This document shows positions 1 to 8,538 of a DNA stretch of 44,417 nt, one piece after another. The stretch lies in the sequence record NC_073076.1. One strand, 5' to 3'. The notes under the pieces are model-generated. The model was not told where the DNA came from. It searched no databases and saw nothing but the letters and a program-made list of their open reading frames with translations. The stretch's first letter is position 1; each line of letters begins with the position of its first letter. The translations under genes were made by a program, and so were the position numbers. Origin of the DNA: Escherichia phage jat.

Positions 1-1
1 T

Positions 2-271
2 AAGCCACGCGGTCGCATAGACTACCCTGCGGACCACGATTTCTGCAAGCGCCTGGACCGTAACGACAAGGCCCGCCGTGAGTTGCGGGCTAAGTATGAC
101 GCGTTCAAACTAACTGTTACCGGCGTGCTGGATATACACAATACCGATAAGAAGCTGATCAAGGCATGGCCCGAAGTTGAGCAATTCATCCCTTACCAGG
201 ACAAGCCAAAATCCACGGCGGTGGCGCTGGATGTGAAAACACTCAACGAGATTTGCGGCATTCCTCGCTAA
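2..271 (+). CDS. hypothetical protein, 5'-truncated at window start (C-terminal part)
   Basis: Frame open from nt 2 to TAA at 269-271; same frame as the 3'-truncated ORF 43942-44417 if the window is circularly joined; followed by hairpin terminator. Confidence 0.4.
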   Translation, partial: KPRGRIDYPADHDFCKRLDRNDKARRELRAKYDAFKLTVTGVLDIHNTDKKLIKAWPEVEQFIPYQDKPKSTAVALDVKTLNEICGIPR

Positions 272-275
272 CGGA

Positions 276-299
276 AAAGGGGCCATTACGGCCCCTTAA
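276..299. terminator. bidirectional rho-independent terminator-like hairpin
   Basis: ggggcc/ggcccc 6-bp stem (279-284 / 290-295) flanked by A-run upstream and T-rich tract downstream; lies between convergent genes. Confidence 0.45.
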
Positions 300-525
300 T
301 TATTTGCTGCAACTCCAACACCTGCGCCCTCAGCTTCGCCCCGCATTCCATATTTTTCACGTCAATCATCAAATCTTCGTCGGGGTCCGCAGACGGGTTA
401 TCGAACTTGCACGGCGGTCGCAGTGCCGACTCCGTTAGCGGCATCAACGGCACGCTGCTTGATCCGCACGCGCTCAGCGTCAAAACTACAATCAGGGCGG
501 TTAGGGCGCGTAACATATTTAACAA
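286..525 (-). CDS. o-spanin-like outer membrane lipoprotein (Rz1-like)
   Basis: 79 aa; N-terminal signal peptide with lipobox LTLSAC, Pro-rich mature part; start embedded out of frame in the i-spanin-like gene and extending past its end. Confidence 0.5.
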   Translation of the reverse strand: MLNMLRALTALIVVLTLSACGSSSVPLMPLTESALRPPCKFDNPSADPDEDLMIDVKNMECGAKLRAQVLELQQIIKGP

Positions 526-757
526 CCTCTTTTGTGATAGTCCGGTATTCCACGTCGCGGGCTTGTTCTGCCTGCACGGAGCGCTCGATTACTTTAGTTT
601 GCTGCCGTTGGGCTTGGGCTTGCGCTTCTTGCGCCGCCTCCGCCACTACGCCAGCGCGATAGGAGTCACCTAGCCAGAATCCTACCGCCAGACCGATAAC
701 CAGTCCAATCGCTGCATATTTAATCACGCCATAACCCCCGGTTTTTAAGCTGTGCAA
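398..757 (-). CDS. i-spanin-like protein (Rz-like)
   Basis: N-terminal transmembrane helix (IKYAAIGLVIGLAVGFWLG) followed by Gln/Ala-rich coiled-coil region; track start is TTG at 757, an alternative GTG at 727 with GGGGG SD is plausible. Confidence 0.5.
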   Translation of the reverse strand: MHSLKTGGYGVIKYAAIGLVIGLAVGFWLGDSYRAGVVAEAAQEAQAQAQRQQTKVIERSVQAEQARDVEYRTITKEVVKYVTRPNRPDCSFDAERVRIKQRAVDAANGVGTATAVQVR

Positions 758-1823
758 TAGTCATCAGTTCGCCAGAATCGGTGAACATCTTCGGCACTTT
801 CATGCCGCGCATAATCTGGTCGGCGCGTTGCACTCCATATAATTCTTCCAGGATATGGCGCGGCTGGCGCTGCACCCATGAGAAGAAATCAGTCTGCGCG
901 TCGACCTGCTCACTCAGCAATCTGCCTGCGTCAGCCTTCAGTGCCGGACGCTTACCACTGGGCCAATCTTCCATACCTTTGACTTTCCACGTCTCCGTCG
1001 AACGGCAGCAATAATGCAGCTTGCCCGGACCAGCGCCATATTGTGACCCCGCCACCACTTTCCCGCCGCGCTTTCCTTTGGTGTCGGGGGTAACATCAAC
1101 CGGATAAAACAGGCGATCGCGTAGCTGGCACATGGGAGAAGTATGCGTGTCCAATGTAGCCAACCATTGGCGACCTTCGAGAATATCGTCATTAGCTTTT
1201 ACCATTAATTCGCGGGCGGTCGCCGCATAGTGGTTGACCGCGGACTTAACAACGCTTGAGATTGCTTGCGCACTACGACCGCCTAGCGCGCGCCTCACAT
1301 CCGCGATAATTTCCATCGTCGGCTTGCCCTGGATGAATCCAGCGCGCACCTGATTGCCGATCTGCGTCCTAGTCCACTCGGAAAGTGAATCAGGCCATTG
1401 CATCATGGTGTTTCCCTGGAACGGGTTTTTCATTGCAGTCGCTGCAATCTGCGCGCCCGTAACTACACCCACCACCTCAACCGCTGGTACAGCGACCGCG
1501 GGCTGGATCGCTGCCGTTAGTGTGTCCGCGAGATAATCAGCCTCGGTGTCGGCGAACTCCTGAAGGCTCTCCGCCAGCACTTTAAACTCGGCGCGCAGTT
1601 CCGTTTTGACGGTCTTGTCGATTTGGGTTAACAGTGTGGTAAGTGCCTTGTTGCTCATGGACTTTTTGCCATCAAGTAACTCGGTCAGCTTACCAAGTAA
1701 AGTGGGCCGGAACTTCTCCCACATAGCCAGCACCCTCCGCGCCTGATCATTGCTCAGGCGCTGGGTGAAGATGTGACGGCGAATCATTCGATCCGCCAAA
1801 TGTTGATTAATTGTCTTCGCCAT
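720..1823 (-). CDS. head morphogenesis protein (Mu F / SPP1 gp7-like)
   Basis: 367 aa; position immediately downstream of portal; overlaps portal stop; assignment by gene order and size. Confidence 0.6.
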   Translation of the reverse strand: MAKTINQHLADRMIRRHIFTQRLSNDQARRVLAMWEKFRPTLLGKLTELLDGKKSMSNKALTTLLTQIDKTVKTELRAEFKVLAESLQEFADTEADYLADTLTAAIQPAVAVPAVEVVGVVTGAQIAATAMKNPFQGNTMMQWPDSLSEWTRTQIGNQVRAGFIQGKPTMEIIADVRRALGGRSAQAISSVVKSAVNHYAATARELMVKANDDILEGRQWLATLDTHTSPMCQLRDRLFYPVDVTPDTKGKRGGKVVAGSQYGAGPGKLHYCCRSTETWKVKGMEDWPSGKRPALKADAGRLLSEQVDAQTDFFSWVQRQPRHILEELYGVQRADQIMRGMKVPKMFTDSGELMTIAQLKNRGLWRD

Positions 1824-3327
1824 TGTCCGCTACCTTGTCCGGGTCTTCTTCGGTAGATTCTACCGCATCAGGGGACATTTGAGGCAATGGATTCTGATTT
1901 CGCAATTCGTCTTCCACCTGCTCGACGGTTTGCGAGTCGTCGATGACACCCTGCGCCATCATCCACTTGATGAAGTCAGCCAGGCGGACCGTACCCGTCT
2001 GCACACCCGACATCATCGCGGTCATAAGCTGCGCATCAACCGTGATTTCGGTGTAGAACTTATTCAGCGTCACACGCTGGTCGGCGGTGTCGCCCGTGAA
2101 TAGCTGGACGATTTGCAGCGCACGGTTGAAAGCCTTCTCGACGTTACCGGCGATCAGTGACAGGATACTGTTATCAGTCTGCGCATCGTAGGCCGCTTCC
2201 GTTGCCGTCTTAGGTGCGGTCCCCTTCTCGACCAGGGCCGCGCCAAGTTTAGCCATTTGCAATTCGCGACGCTCACACAGTGCAACAGACAAGTTGCGCT
2301 CCTCCGCCTGGATCAGTTTAGCGTCCATGTTCTGGCCCAGGATAACGCCCTTAGTCGCACCGAGGGCAATGCCGCCCTTCAGGTTTTTGTCCGCCCATGA
2401 TTGAGTCAAGCCAGTTGCCACCAGAGTAGGCTGACCCACGATGTGCGCAATCTCGGCGACATCCGCTTCGGCGTTGTAGTGCTTAATGTTGATGGATGCG
2501 ATATCCGCCAGCGGAGCGGCGTCAGGCGTTGCGTTGTTGTCCACCGCACCACACCAGCAAAACGGAAGTTGTGTAAGCGCATTACCGGAGGCATCCACCA
2601 GCGGCACCAGGTCGGTGCGGGTGAATCCACGCGGCAAATCCATTTGCACCTCGGACGTGTCCGCGTTGTAGTACCAGCGGCGGGCGTGTGCCGCACCGTT
2701 AATCATGCGAAGCTCGGTCCAGATTGTTACTTCGTGGTTTGCGAAGTCGTCCGGGTCTTCGGTGCTGATTTCGTCCGTTTCCTTCAGCACAATTAGCGTA
2801 TCGACGCCGTGGGTCTGCCGCCAGTTGATGATCTGTTCTGCCGTGTACAGGCGGATAAGCGGGCGGTGTGACGCCATCTCGGCGGCTGTCTGCGGAACTA
2901 CGTTACCCAGTTCATCAAAATGCGCCTGGCGATCGTAGTCCACCATAAAGCCCGCACGGCCTGATTGCAGCACTTCCGACATAGCACCGCGCAGTAGTTG
3001 CGGCAGAGGCATACCGCTGCCGTCTACGTCGTCAATCAGGTCAGCCATCGCCCCGGAAAGGTCCAGACTTACCGGTTTAGCAAAGGCAACGCCTAACAGC
3101 GCGTTAAGTGTGCGGGCGGTGGCGTTCAGGAATACAGCGCGTTGCTTGTACGCCTTATACCGCGCCCGTGCTTTCGGGTCCGTATTGTCGCCACTGGCGG
3201 GATGAGGCAAGTACAAGGGGCCGCACGCCTTCACGGCGCGCTCCCCTGCCACACAATCGCGGATCATTTTCCACTCTGGCGCGATGCGCGCATAGAGCGG
3301 GTGCTGGTTGTCAACGTTAACGGTCAT
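1807..3327 (-). CDS. portal protein
   Basis: 506 aa ORF directly downstream of terminase large subunit; AAGGA SD before ATG at 3327; assignment by synteny and size. Confidence 0.65.
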   Translation of the reverse strand: MTVNVDNQHPLYARIAPEWKMIRDCVAGERAVKACGPLYLPHPASGDNTDPKARARYKAYKQRAVFLNATARTLNALLGVAFAKPVSLDLSGAMADLIDDVDGSGMPLPQLLRGAMSEVLQSGRAGFMVDYDRQAHFDELGNVVPQTAAEMASHRPLIRLYTAEQIINWRQTHGVDTLIVLKETDEISTEDPDDFANHEVTIWTELRMINGAAHARRWYYNADTSEVQMDLPRGFTRTDLVPLVDASGNALTQLPFCWCGAVDNNATPDAAPLADIASINIKHYNAEADVAEIAHIVGQPTLVATGLTQSWADKNLKGGIALGATKGVILGQNMDAKLIQAEERNLSVALCERRELQMAKLGAALVEKGTAPKTATEAAYDAQTDNSILSLIAGNVEKAFNRALQIVQLFTGDTADQRVTLNKFYTEITVDAQLMTAMMSGVQTGTVRLADFIKWMMAQGVIDDSQTVEQVEDELRNQNPLPQMSPDAVESTEEDPDKVADNGEDN

Positions 3328-3337
3328 GGTCGTTTCC

Positions 3338-4723
3338 TTAGTAGAAGTCTACAGTTGGAACAACGGCGATCGGACGAATCACTGGGAACAGGTGCGCAAT
3401 TGGGTATCCCGCGGCATCGTTCATGTGGTCCACACCGGCGGTCTTATCCGGCTCGCCTTTCTTCAGGTCGTAAACCTGCTGTTCCAGACATTTCGCTAGT
3501 GTAGGGCATTTATCCAGGTTGACAAAATACTGGCGCACGCCCTTCGAGTTGCACATCATCGTATTCATCGCGATCAATCGGTCTTTCACAGGCGGGTTAA
3601 CGCTGTCATACTCCACCTCGAAGCCCGCGTCTTCCAGTTGCGCGATATCTGACGACGATGCGTTGACAGTCTTGCGAGACTTGCCGCTGCTATCCGGGTA
3701 AACGACGACCCGACCGGCGGCACAATGATCGGGGTAGCGCTCCTCGATCGCCTCAATCATAGCCGGGGTATCAAACAGGTCTACGAATTCATCCACTGCG
3801 TGAATCTCGTCGCGGAACTCCTTGTTTTCGGTGATGCGCTGCCGTCTGACGTACACGACCGCCGCCATCTTCGTGACGTTAAAGTCCATACCGATAATCA
3901 GCGTGTCGTCCGGTTGCACTTCTTCGGTGCTGGCGTTCTCCTCGCGGTTGAACATCTTGTACACCGCGCCCGACGTAAGGTTGACAAACAGGCCGTTCAG
4001 GTACGCATCTATCAGGTTAGCCGGGTACTGACTGCGCAGCGTGTCGATAAAGTCTGCCGGTAAATGGTGGTTGTCCGTGGTCTTCGCCCGGATCAAGCGT
4101 TTCTGGTTGTCTTTCTCCACCTCGAAAATTTGGTACATCGCCCGGTAGCCTTCAGGCGTTGACACGATGACGAACTGGCGGACGAAGCCAGCACGCAGAC
4201 GACCGAGCAATTTGTGATATGCCGCCAGCGCGACGTCTTGCTTCGTGGTATCGAACTCGTCGGCAACAATCCACGCGGCATTAACCCCGATCAGGCGGGT
4301 ATAGTTCTCCATTGACTCACAGATAACGCGGGTCCATTTGCCTTTCACAAGCACGTTATAGATCTTGTCCTGCTTATTGAACTTCCACCGGAAGCCCGCC
4401 TCGTCGAATGCCTTTTCCAATTCCGGATACATGATTTTAACCAGGAGGGGAATCGTCGGTTCTGTTACGATGCCATCATGACCGGGGTTTAGTGTTAAAA
4501 GCTGGATGACCTTTCTCGCCGCGACCCATGACTTACCGCCGCCGAAGCCGGAACACAGGCCGAGGATTTTAGTCTTCGTGTCACGCAGTAGTTCAACCTG
4601 GTGCGGCAAGCAATCAGGCTGGTAAAGGCGGACGGCCTGCGCAACGCGTGTCGGGCGCGGCGGTCGGTTTCGCTTTGCGATCGCTCGTTCAAGGGCACGA
4701 TGTTCTGCCGCATAGTTACGCAT
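3338..4723 (-). CDS. terminase large subunit
   Basis: 461 aa; Walker A-like GFGGGKS near N-terminus, acidic nuclease-like C-terminal half; start overlaps TerS stop (TTAATG). Confidence 0.8.
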   Translation of the reverse strand: MRNYAAEHRALERAIAKRNRPPRPTRVAQAVRLYQPDCLPHQVELLRDTKTKILGLCSGFGGGKSWVAARKVIQLLTLNPGHDGIVTEPTIPLLVKIMYPELEKAFDEAGFRWKFNKQDKIYNVLVKGKWTRVICESMENYTRLIGVNAAWIVADEFDTTKQDVALAAYHKLLGRLRAGFVRQFVIVSTPEGYRAMYQIFEVEKDNQKRLIRAKTTDNHHLPADFIDTLRSQYPANLIDAYLNGLFVNLTSGAVYKMFNREENASTEEVQPDDTLIIGMDFNVTKMAAVVYVRRQRITENKEFRDEIHAVDEFVDLFDTPAMIEAIEERYPDHCAAGRVVVYPDSSGKSRKTVNASSSDIAQLEDAGFEVEYDSVNPPVKDRLIAMNTMMCNSKGVRQYFVNLDKCPTLAKCLEQQVYDLKKGEPDKTAGVDHMNDAAGYPIAHLFPVIRPIAVVPTVDFY

Positions 4724-5274
4724 TAATCACCCTGGCCTTTGCCGGTAGGTTCCACAACGACGTCGCCGTTATCATCTTCGTCGTCATCCAGCGGTACATC
4801 GTCCCTGACGCCGTGGTTAGCTTTAAGCAGGAAGGTAGCGAAGCCCGCCGCGATGGTCACGCCGCCAGCTTCCATCAGGAAGGTTTTTTGTAACTCCATT
4901 GCGTCCGCCATCGCCTCAGCGAACTCCTCATGCGCACGCGCCCAGCGATACAGGCAAGCTACGCCCACGCCGATTTCCGCGGCAAATCGACCGAAGGTTG
5001 GCATTTTGTTGCGGGGGATTACTTGCGCAGCGCCTTTATCAGAGTAGTTTACCTGCCAGGCGTCGGCGTCGGCAAAATAGCGGCGAAGCTGGTCGCAGTA
5101 AACGGATCGGTAGTCAGTAGGGCGTCCACATTTGCCGCCTTTACGGCGCTTTCCGTACTCGATTTCAGGTCCGAGATTGGTATGTTCTGTTTGCTCGCCT
5201 GGTTTACGGCGCGGGGTAACTGCTACTCGTCCGTCCAGTTTGGCGCGTCGGCCCTTTACTTTAATTTCTGCCAT
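4723..5274 (-). CDS. terminase small subunit (putative)
   Basis: 183 aa from ATG at 5274 (track ORF extends to 5373 but that would cover an upstream terminator hairpin); HTH-like segment TFGRFAAEIGVGVACLYRWARAHEEF; acidic C-terminus; immediately upstream of TerL. Confidence 0.5.
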   Translation of the reverse strand: MAEIKVKGRRAKLDGRVAVTPRRKPGEQTEHTNLGPEIEYGKRRKGGKCGRPTDYRSVYCDQLRRYFADADAWQVNYSDKGAAQVIPRNKMPTFGRFAAEIGVGVACLYRWARAHEEFAEAMADAMELQKTFLMEAGGVTIAAGFATFLLKANHGVRDDVPLDDDEDDNGDVVVEPTGKGQGD

Positions 5275-5356
5275 GATATAAGCCCTTTTGTGCATATGCG
5301 CCGACCATCGGCAACATAGGAGACGGCCCTGCCATCTAAGGTGGATTATAACAGGC

Positions 5357-5392
5357 ACAAAAAAGCCCACCAAATCGGCAGGCTGGGTGGCT
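5357..5392 (-). terminator. rho-independent terminator (minus strand)
   Basis: gcccacc / gggtggc imperfect stem (5365-5391), followed on minus strand by U6 (plus-strand A-run 5359-5364); just downstream of stop of 5405-6547 gene. Confidence 0.45.
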
Positions 5393-5404
5393 TACTGGCT
5401 GCCG

Positions 5405-6547
5405 TTACTTCAACATTTCCGGGCTAATGGTTAAGCGCGCTACTTCGCCGTAGTTGGCGCTGTAGGTAATGACGTTGGCGCTGCGACCGGACATCCAACC
5501 GCCACGACTGGCGTAGGCGTCTTTCGCTGCGAGCGTCCTGTGCTGTTCAACAATCATGTTGCGGGATTCAACAATCTTCTGGTGGTGCAAATGGCCTACG
5601 TGCGCGTAGCTGTATTCGCTCGACCCGAACGCCTGTCTGAATTTAGCGATCATAACCTGCTCGATAACATCGAATCGCGCTTTGTGCCCGTGGTGGAAGA
5701 ACAGCGTTGTCTTGCCGTGCTGCACCATTTTGTATACGTCCGGGGATGTATCCACATCGACGCGCGGCTCGTTCTCGTACAGCGTATTGAACATTTCAGC
5801 CAGCCAAATCATGCCAGACTCGTCATGATTCCCCTGGACGATTAGCAGTTTGACTTTGTGGTGTTTTTGCAGCGCCAGTTCCACCACGTTGCGCACCATG
5901 CGAATCATGTAGCGGACCAGCTTCTGGTAGCGGGTATCCGCGTCCAGTACGTGACCACTTGCCGGTGTGACGGCATCAAGGCTATCAAAATGCGCCATAT
6001 CACCGAGGATATTAATTACGGCAGTGCCTGCGTCCGGTGCGCGTGCGAAGGCTTCGACAAACCAGCGGAAGAACAGGTCTTCGGCAATCGCCATATCCCA
6101 ATCCTCGCCAGTCTCCTCGCCCCAGGCCAACATGCCCAGGTGGAAGTCGGACACGGTGTACAGGTTGAGCAAGTCTAGCGCCTGGATCGGTACTGGCGGG
6201 GCGTTTACTGGCGCTGCCGGTGTGATTTCGCTGTTCATACCCTCGACAACAGCGCGCATAGCTTCGAGTTGGCGCTCCTTGTCCTGCTCAGTGATGACCC
6301 ACGACATGACCTCTTCGCCATTACCGCGCACCAGGGCCGATACGCGCTTAACCCCAAAGCCATCGGCAACGCGCTTACGGATCACGGCATCATTGCCATG
6401 ACCAATCCCCTTTTTCGACAGGCGGGCTTTGCGCATATAGACATTTCGAAGTGCAATGCCGTATTTCTTCGCAATCTCTTTAACCGTAGTCCCTGCCTGA
6501 ATTTCTGCGATCAATTGCTCATCGGTAATTTTAGTTTGCGGGTGCAT
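5405..6547 (-). CDS. HTH domain fused to calcineurin-like metallophosphoesterase
   Basis: 380 aa; N-terminal HTH-like TVKEIAKKYGIALRNVYMRKARL; phosphoesterase motifs DFHLG, GDMAHFD, GNHDE, HHGH, GHLHH in canonical order; AGGAG SD. Confidence 0.7.
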   Translation of the reverse strand: MHPQTKITDEQLIAEIQAGTTVKEIAKKYGIALRNVYMRKARLSKKGIGHGNDAVIRKRVADGFGVKRVSALVRGNGEEVMSWVITEQDKERQLEAMRAVVEGMNSEITPAAPVNAPPVPIQALDLLNLYTVSDFHLGMLAWGEETGEDWDMAIAEDLFFRWFVEAFARAPDAGTAVINILGDMAHFDSLDAVTPASGHVLDADTRYQKLVRYMIRMVRNVVELALQKHHKVKLLIVQGNHDESGMIWLAEMFNTLYENEPRVDVDTSPDVYKMVQHGKTTLFFHHGHKARFDVIEQVMIAKFRQAFGSSEYSYAHVGHLHHQKIVESRNMIVEQHRTLAAKDAYASRGGWMSGRSANVITYSANYGEVARLTISPEMLK

Positions 6548-6568
6548 ATTTAATTAACTCCTGATTAG

Positions 6569-6596
6569 TGGACCGTGGACAATATACCACGGTCCA
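6569..6596. promoter_or_regulatory. perfect 10-bp inverted repeat, candidate operator
   Basis: TGGACCGTGG-acaatata-CCACGGTCCA, located about 22 nt upstream of the ATG of the HTH-phosphoesterase gene on the minus strand. Confidence 0.35.
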
Positions 6597-6608
6597 TATG
6601 GCGGCGGG

Positions 6609-6689
6609 CTATATCAATTCGCAAATAACCATGCCGATAAAAGCCGCGGTGGTCCAGATCGCTAATACCCAAATATCTTTACGTGCCAT
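6609..6689 (-). CDS. small hydrophobic peptide (26 aa)
   Basis: MARKDIWVLAIWTTAAFIGMVICELI; strong SD GAGAGGAG 7 nt upstream of ATG; below the 60-aa ORF-track cutoff. Confidence 0.3.
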   Translation of the reverse strand: MARKDIWVLAIWTTAAFIGMVICELI

Positions 6690-6750
6690 CTTGATTACTC
6701 CTCTCGTTGATTGGTTGCGGTATGGCCTCTATGTTGGTTGCGAGTCAAGC

Positions 6751-6778
6751 AATAAAAAGCCCGGTTAATTCCGGGCTT
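6751..6778 (-). terminator. rho-independent terminator-like hairpin
   Basis: agcccgg/ccgggct 7-bp stem with ttaatt loop, flanked by A5 upstream (U-run on minus strand) and T-rich downstream. Confidence 0.45.
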
Positions 6779-6784
6779 AATTGT

Positions 6785-6952
6785 TTACGCTGCGGGGCCA
6801 GATTCCTCCTGCGGTGGTGGGCTTGGCAGCTTCGCATCGAAGACCCCGGCGTGGTTGATAGAGTCCGCGATGATAGCGCGTGCGCCTGGGTCTTCGGTTT
6901 TAGCCAGTGCGGCAAGCGCGTCCGCATTATGATCAAGAATACTTTTTAACAT
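6785..6952 (-). CDS. hypothetical small protein (55 aa)
   Basis: MLKSILDHNADALAALAKTEDPGARAIIADSINHAGVFDAKLPSPPPQEESGPAA; GAGGTG SD; directly downstream of lysozyme gene and followed by terminator. Confidence 0.35.
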   Translation of the reverse strand: MLKSILDHNADALAALAKTEDPGARAIIADSINHAGVFDAKLPSPPPQEESGPAA

Positions 6953-6968
6953 ATCGTGTCACCTCGTA

Positions 6969-7460
6969 TTATGCAGCGTTACGACCGATTCGTTCGGCAA
7001 CGTCCCACTGCTTACCATCAAACAACGCCTGTCTGCCGATTGCACGGCGTACCAGACCCTTAAGCACTTCGCCACCTTGCTTGCGGAACTGCGGCAGCGT
7101 AGCACGGACCTTCGCCCAGTCGCCCAAGCGCACCGCGTCGTCGAAATCATTCGCGACGTCATCCGGTACGATCGGACCAGGACCGGCGTTGATTACCAGG
7201 TCCACCAGCGCGTCAAATTGCGCCTGGTTAATGCTCTTATGAGCGTATTTGTTCACCCAATCCTCGGCATACGCCACATCGCGCTTGAGCAGGGCCAGCG
7301 CTTCCTCGCGGGTAATGCTTCGAGGCGGATTAGTGCCGGTATGACCATAACCCCAGGTGTACAGGCCGCGGGCCTGCTCTTTCTTGGTCGCGAAATACGG
7401 CACCGGGCTGAAAGCCTCCCATGCTGCCGTGAATCTTAGACCGTTGTCACTGAATCGCAT
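6969..7460 (-). CDS. endolysin, T4/P22 gp19-type lysozyme (GH24)
   Basis: 163 aa; SDNGLRF...E..., TWGYGHTG and NQAQFDALVDLVINAG match the conserved blocks of P22 gp19 / T4 lysozyme family. Confidence 0.85.
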   Translation of the reverse strand: MRFSDNGLRFTAAWEAFSPVPYFATKKEQARGLYTWGYGHTGTNPPRSITREEALALLKRDVAYAEDWVNKYAHKSINQAQFDALVDLVINAGPGPIVPDDVANDFDDAVRLGDWAKVRATLPQFRKQGGEVLKGLVRRAIGRQALFDGKQWDVAERIGRNAA

Positions 7461-7692
7461 GTTTTACCCCATTCAAAACAGCATTACGCAGTGTGCGCAA
7501 TGCAAACAGCCAGATTAACGCTGTCCAGGTGGCATCTGATACGTCTCCTGTTTGCAACAATCCGATAATACAGACCATTGCCGTTAACAGATACAGCACC
7601 CGACCGAAAATGCCATCCTTGACGGACGGCGCATACACGTTAAACAGGGACGAAGCCCCTATGATAACAAACAACAGGACGGAGATAATCAT
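7447..7692 (-). CDS. holin-like small membrane protein
   Basis: 81 aa, two to three predicted hydrophobic helices; stop overlaps lysozyme start. Confidence 0.5.
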   Translation of the reverse strand: MIISVLLFVIIGASSLFNVYAPSVKDGIFGRVLYLLTAMVCIIGLLQTGDVSDATWTALIWLFALRTLRNAVLNGVKHAIQ

Positions 7693-7979
7693 TTTGCGCC
7701 CCCCGGAAGTCGGAACGACTCAATAGTCTCCCTGATCCGGGCGGCTATTGGCATCCAGAAGATTGCAGTTACGAACCCCAAACCGGCGACAGTGCGCTCA
7801 CCAGATAAGCCCGCCCACTCGGCAATCGCTGGAGCGCCAAAAACGGCACACAAGAAGCCGACCACGATATATAAAACGAAGTTTAGCAGTCCCTTCGTAG
7901 CCTCGCCGTGAATGCGGGCGCCAACAAAGCCACCAGCAAGACACGCGAGGGCGAATAACCACTCGTTTAGCTTATCCAT
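7689..7979 (-). CDS. holin-like small membrane protein
   Basis: 96 aa, three hydrophobic helices; ATGA-type overlap with downstream holin-like gene. Confidence 0.5.
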   Translation of the reverse strand: MDKLNEWLFALACLAGGFVGARIHGEATKGLLNFVLYIVVGFLCAVFGAPAIAEWAGLSGERTVAGLGFVTAIFWMPIAARIRETIESFRLPGGAK

Positions 7980-8031
7980 AAAAAAGTCCCAGTAAGTTTT
8001 AGCTCACTGGGACTATATCACGCTTGCATAA

Positions 8032-8331
8032 TTAATCGAAAATGGACCACTTGCCGACGCCTTTCCACTCCCACCCTTCCGATCGGACGGCCTCGAACAT
8101 TCGCCCGCCGATCATATCGCGATACCACAGCCACCACATGCGCAACCTGGTCGGGTGCTCCGTGATCCCGCGGCGCTTGTATACCTCGAACGTCATGCGG
8201 GTAATACTGGCGGCTTCCACTGCAGGCCATACGACGAACATCAGGATGCCCAACAGCACCGCGGTAAGCAGGCATAGCCCGCAGATCAAACCAAACCAAT
8301 AAATCACATCATGAATCATAATCTGCCCCAT
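8032..8331 (-). CDS. membrane protein, hypothetical
   Basis: 99 aa; N-terminal hydrophobic helices, Trp/Arg-rich C-terminus. Confidence 0.4.
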   Translation of the reverse strand: MGQIMIHDVIYWFGLICGLCLLTAVLLGILMFVVWPAVEAASITRMTFEVYKRRGITEHPTRLRMWWLWYRDMIGGRMFEAVRSEGWEWKGVGKWSIFD

Positions 8332-8417
8332 AGGTATTTAACCAGACTAATAACCGACGCCAACAGCACCAGGGCCGCCAGACTACCGCCACATACTACC
8401 GCGAAGACGTATAGCAT
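8316..8417 (-). CDS. small hydrophobic peptide (33 aa)
   Basis: MLYVFAVVCGGSLAALVLLASVISLVKYLWGRL; strong SD GAGGGGG upstream; not in ORF track (below size cutoff). Confidence 0.25.
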   Translation of the reverse strand: MLYVFAVVCGGSLAALVLLASVISLVKYLWGRL

Positions 8418-8538
8418 CGAATTGCCCCCTCTGGTTTGCCAATATGGCGCGCCCATGCACGCGCCACGAAGTAATTGCGAAACACCCGACCGCCGATCTC
8501 AAAGCGGTTGTGCATCAGCATATCACGGATAGACGCAC

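Noticed and set aside
4723-5373. Longer start (5373) for the terminase small subunit as given in the ORF track
   Set aside because: The extra N-terminal 33 codons would overlap the terminator hairpin at 5365-5391 and have no SD; ATG at 5274 has a plausible SD and gives a typical TerS size.
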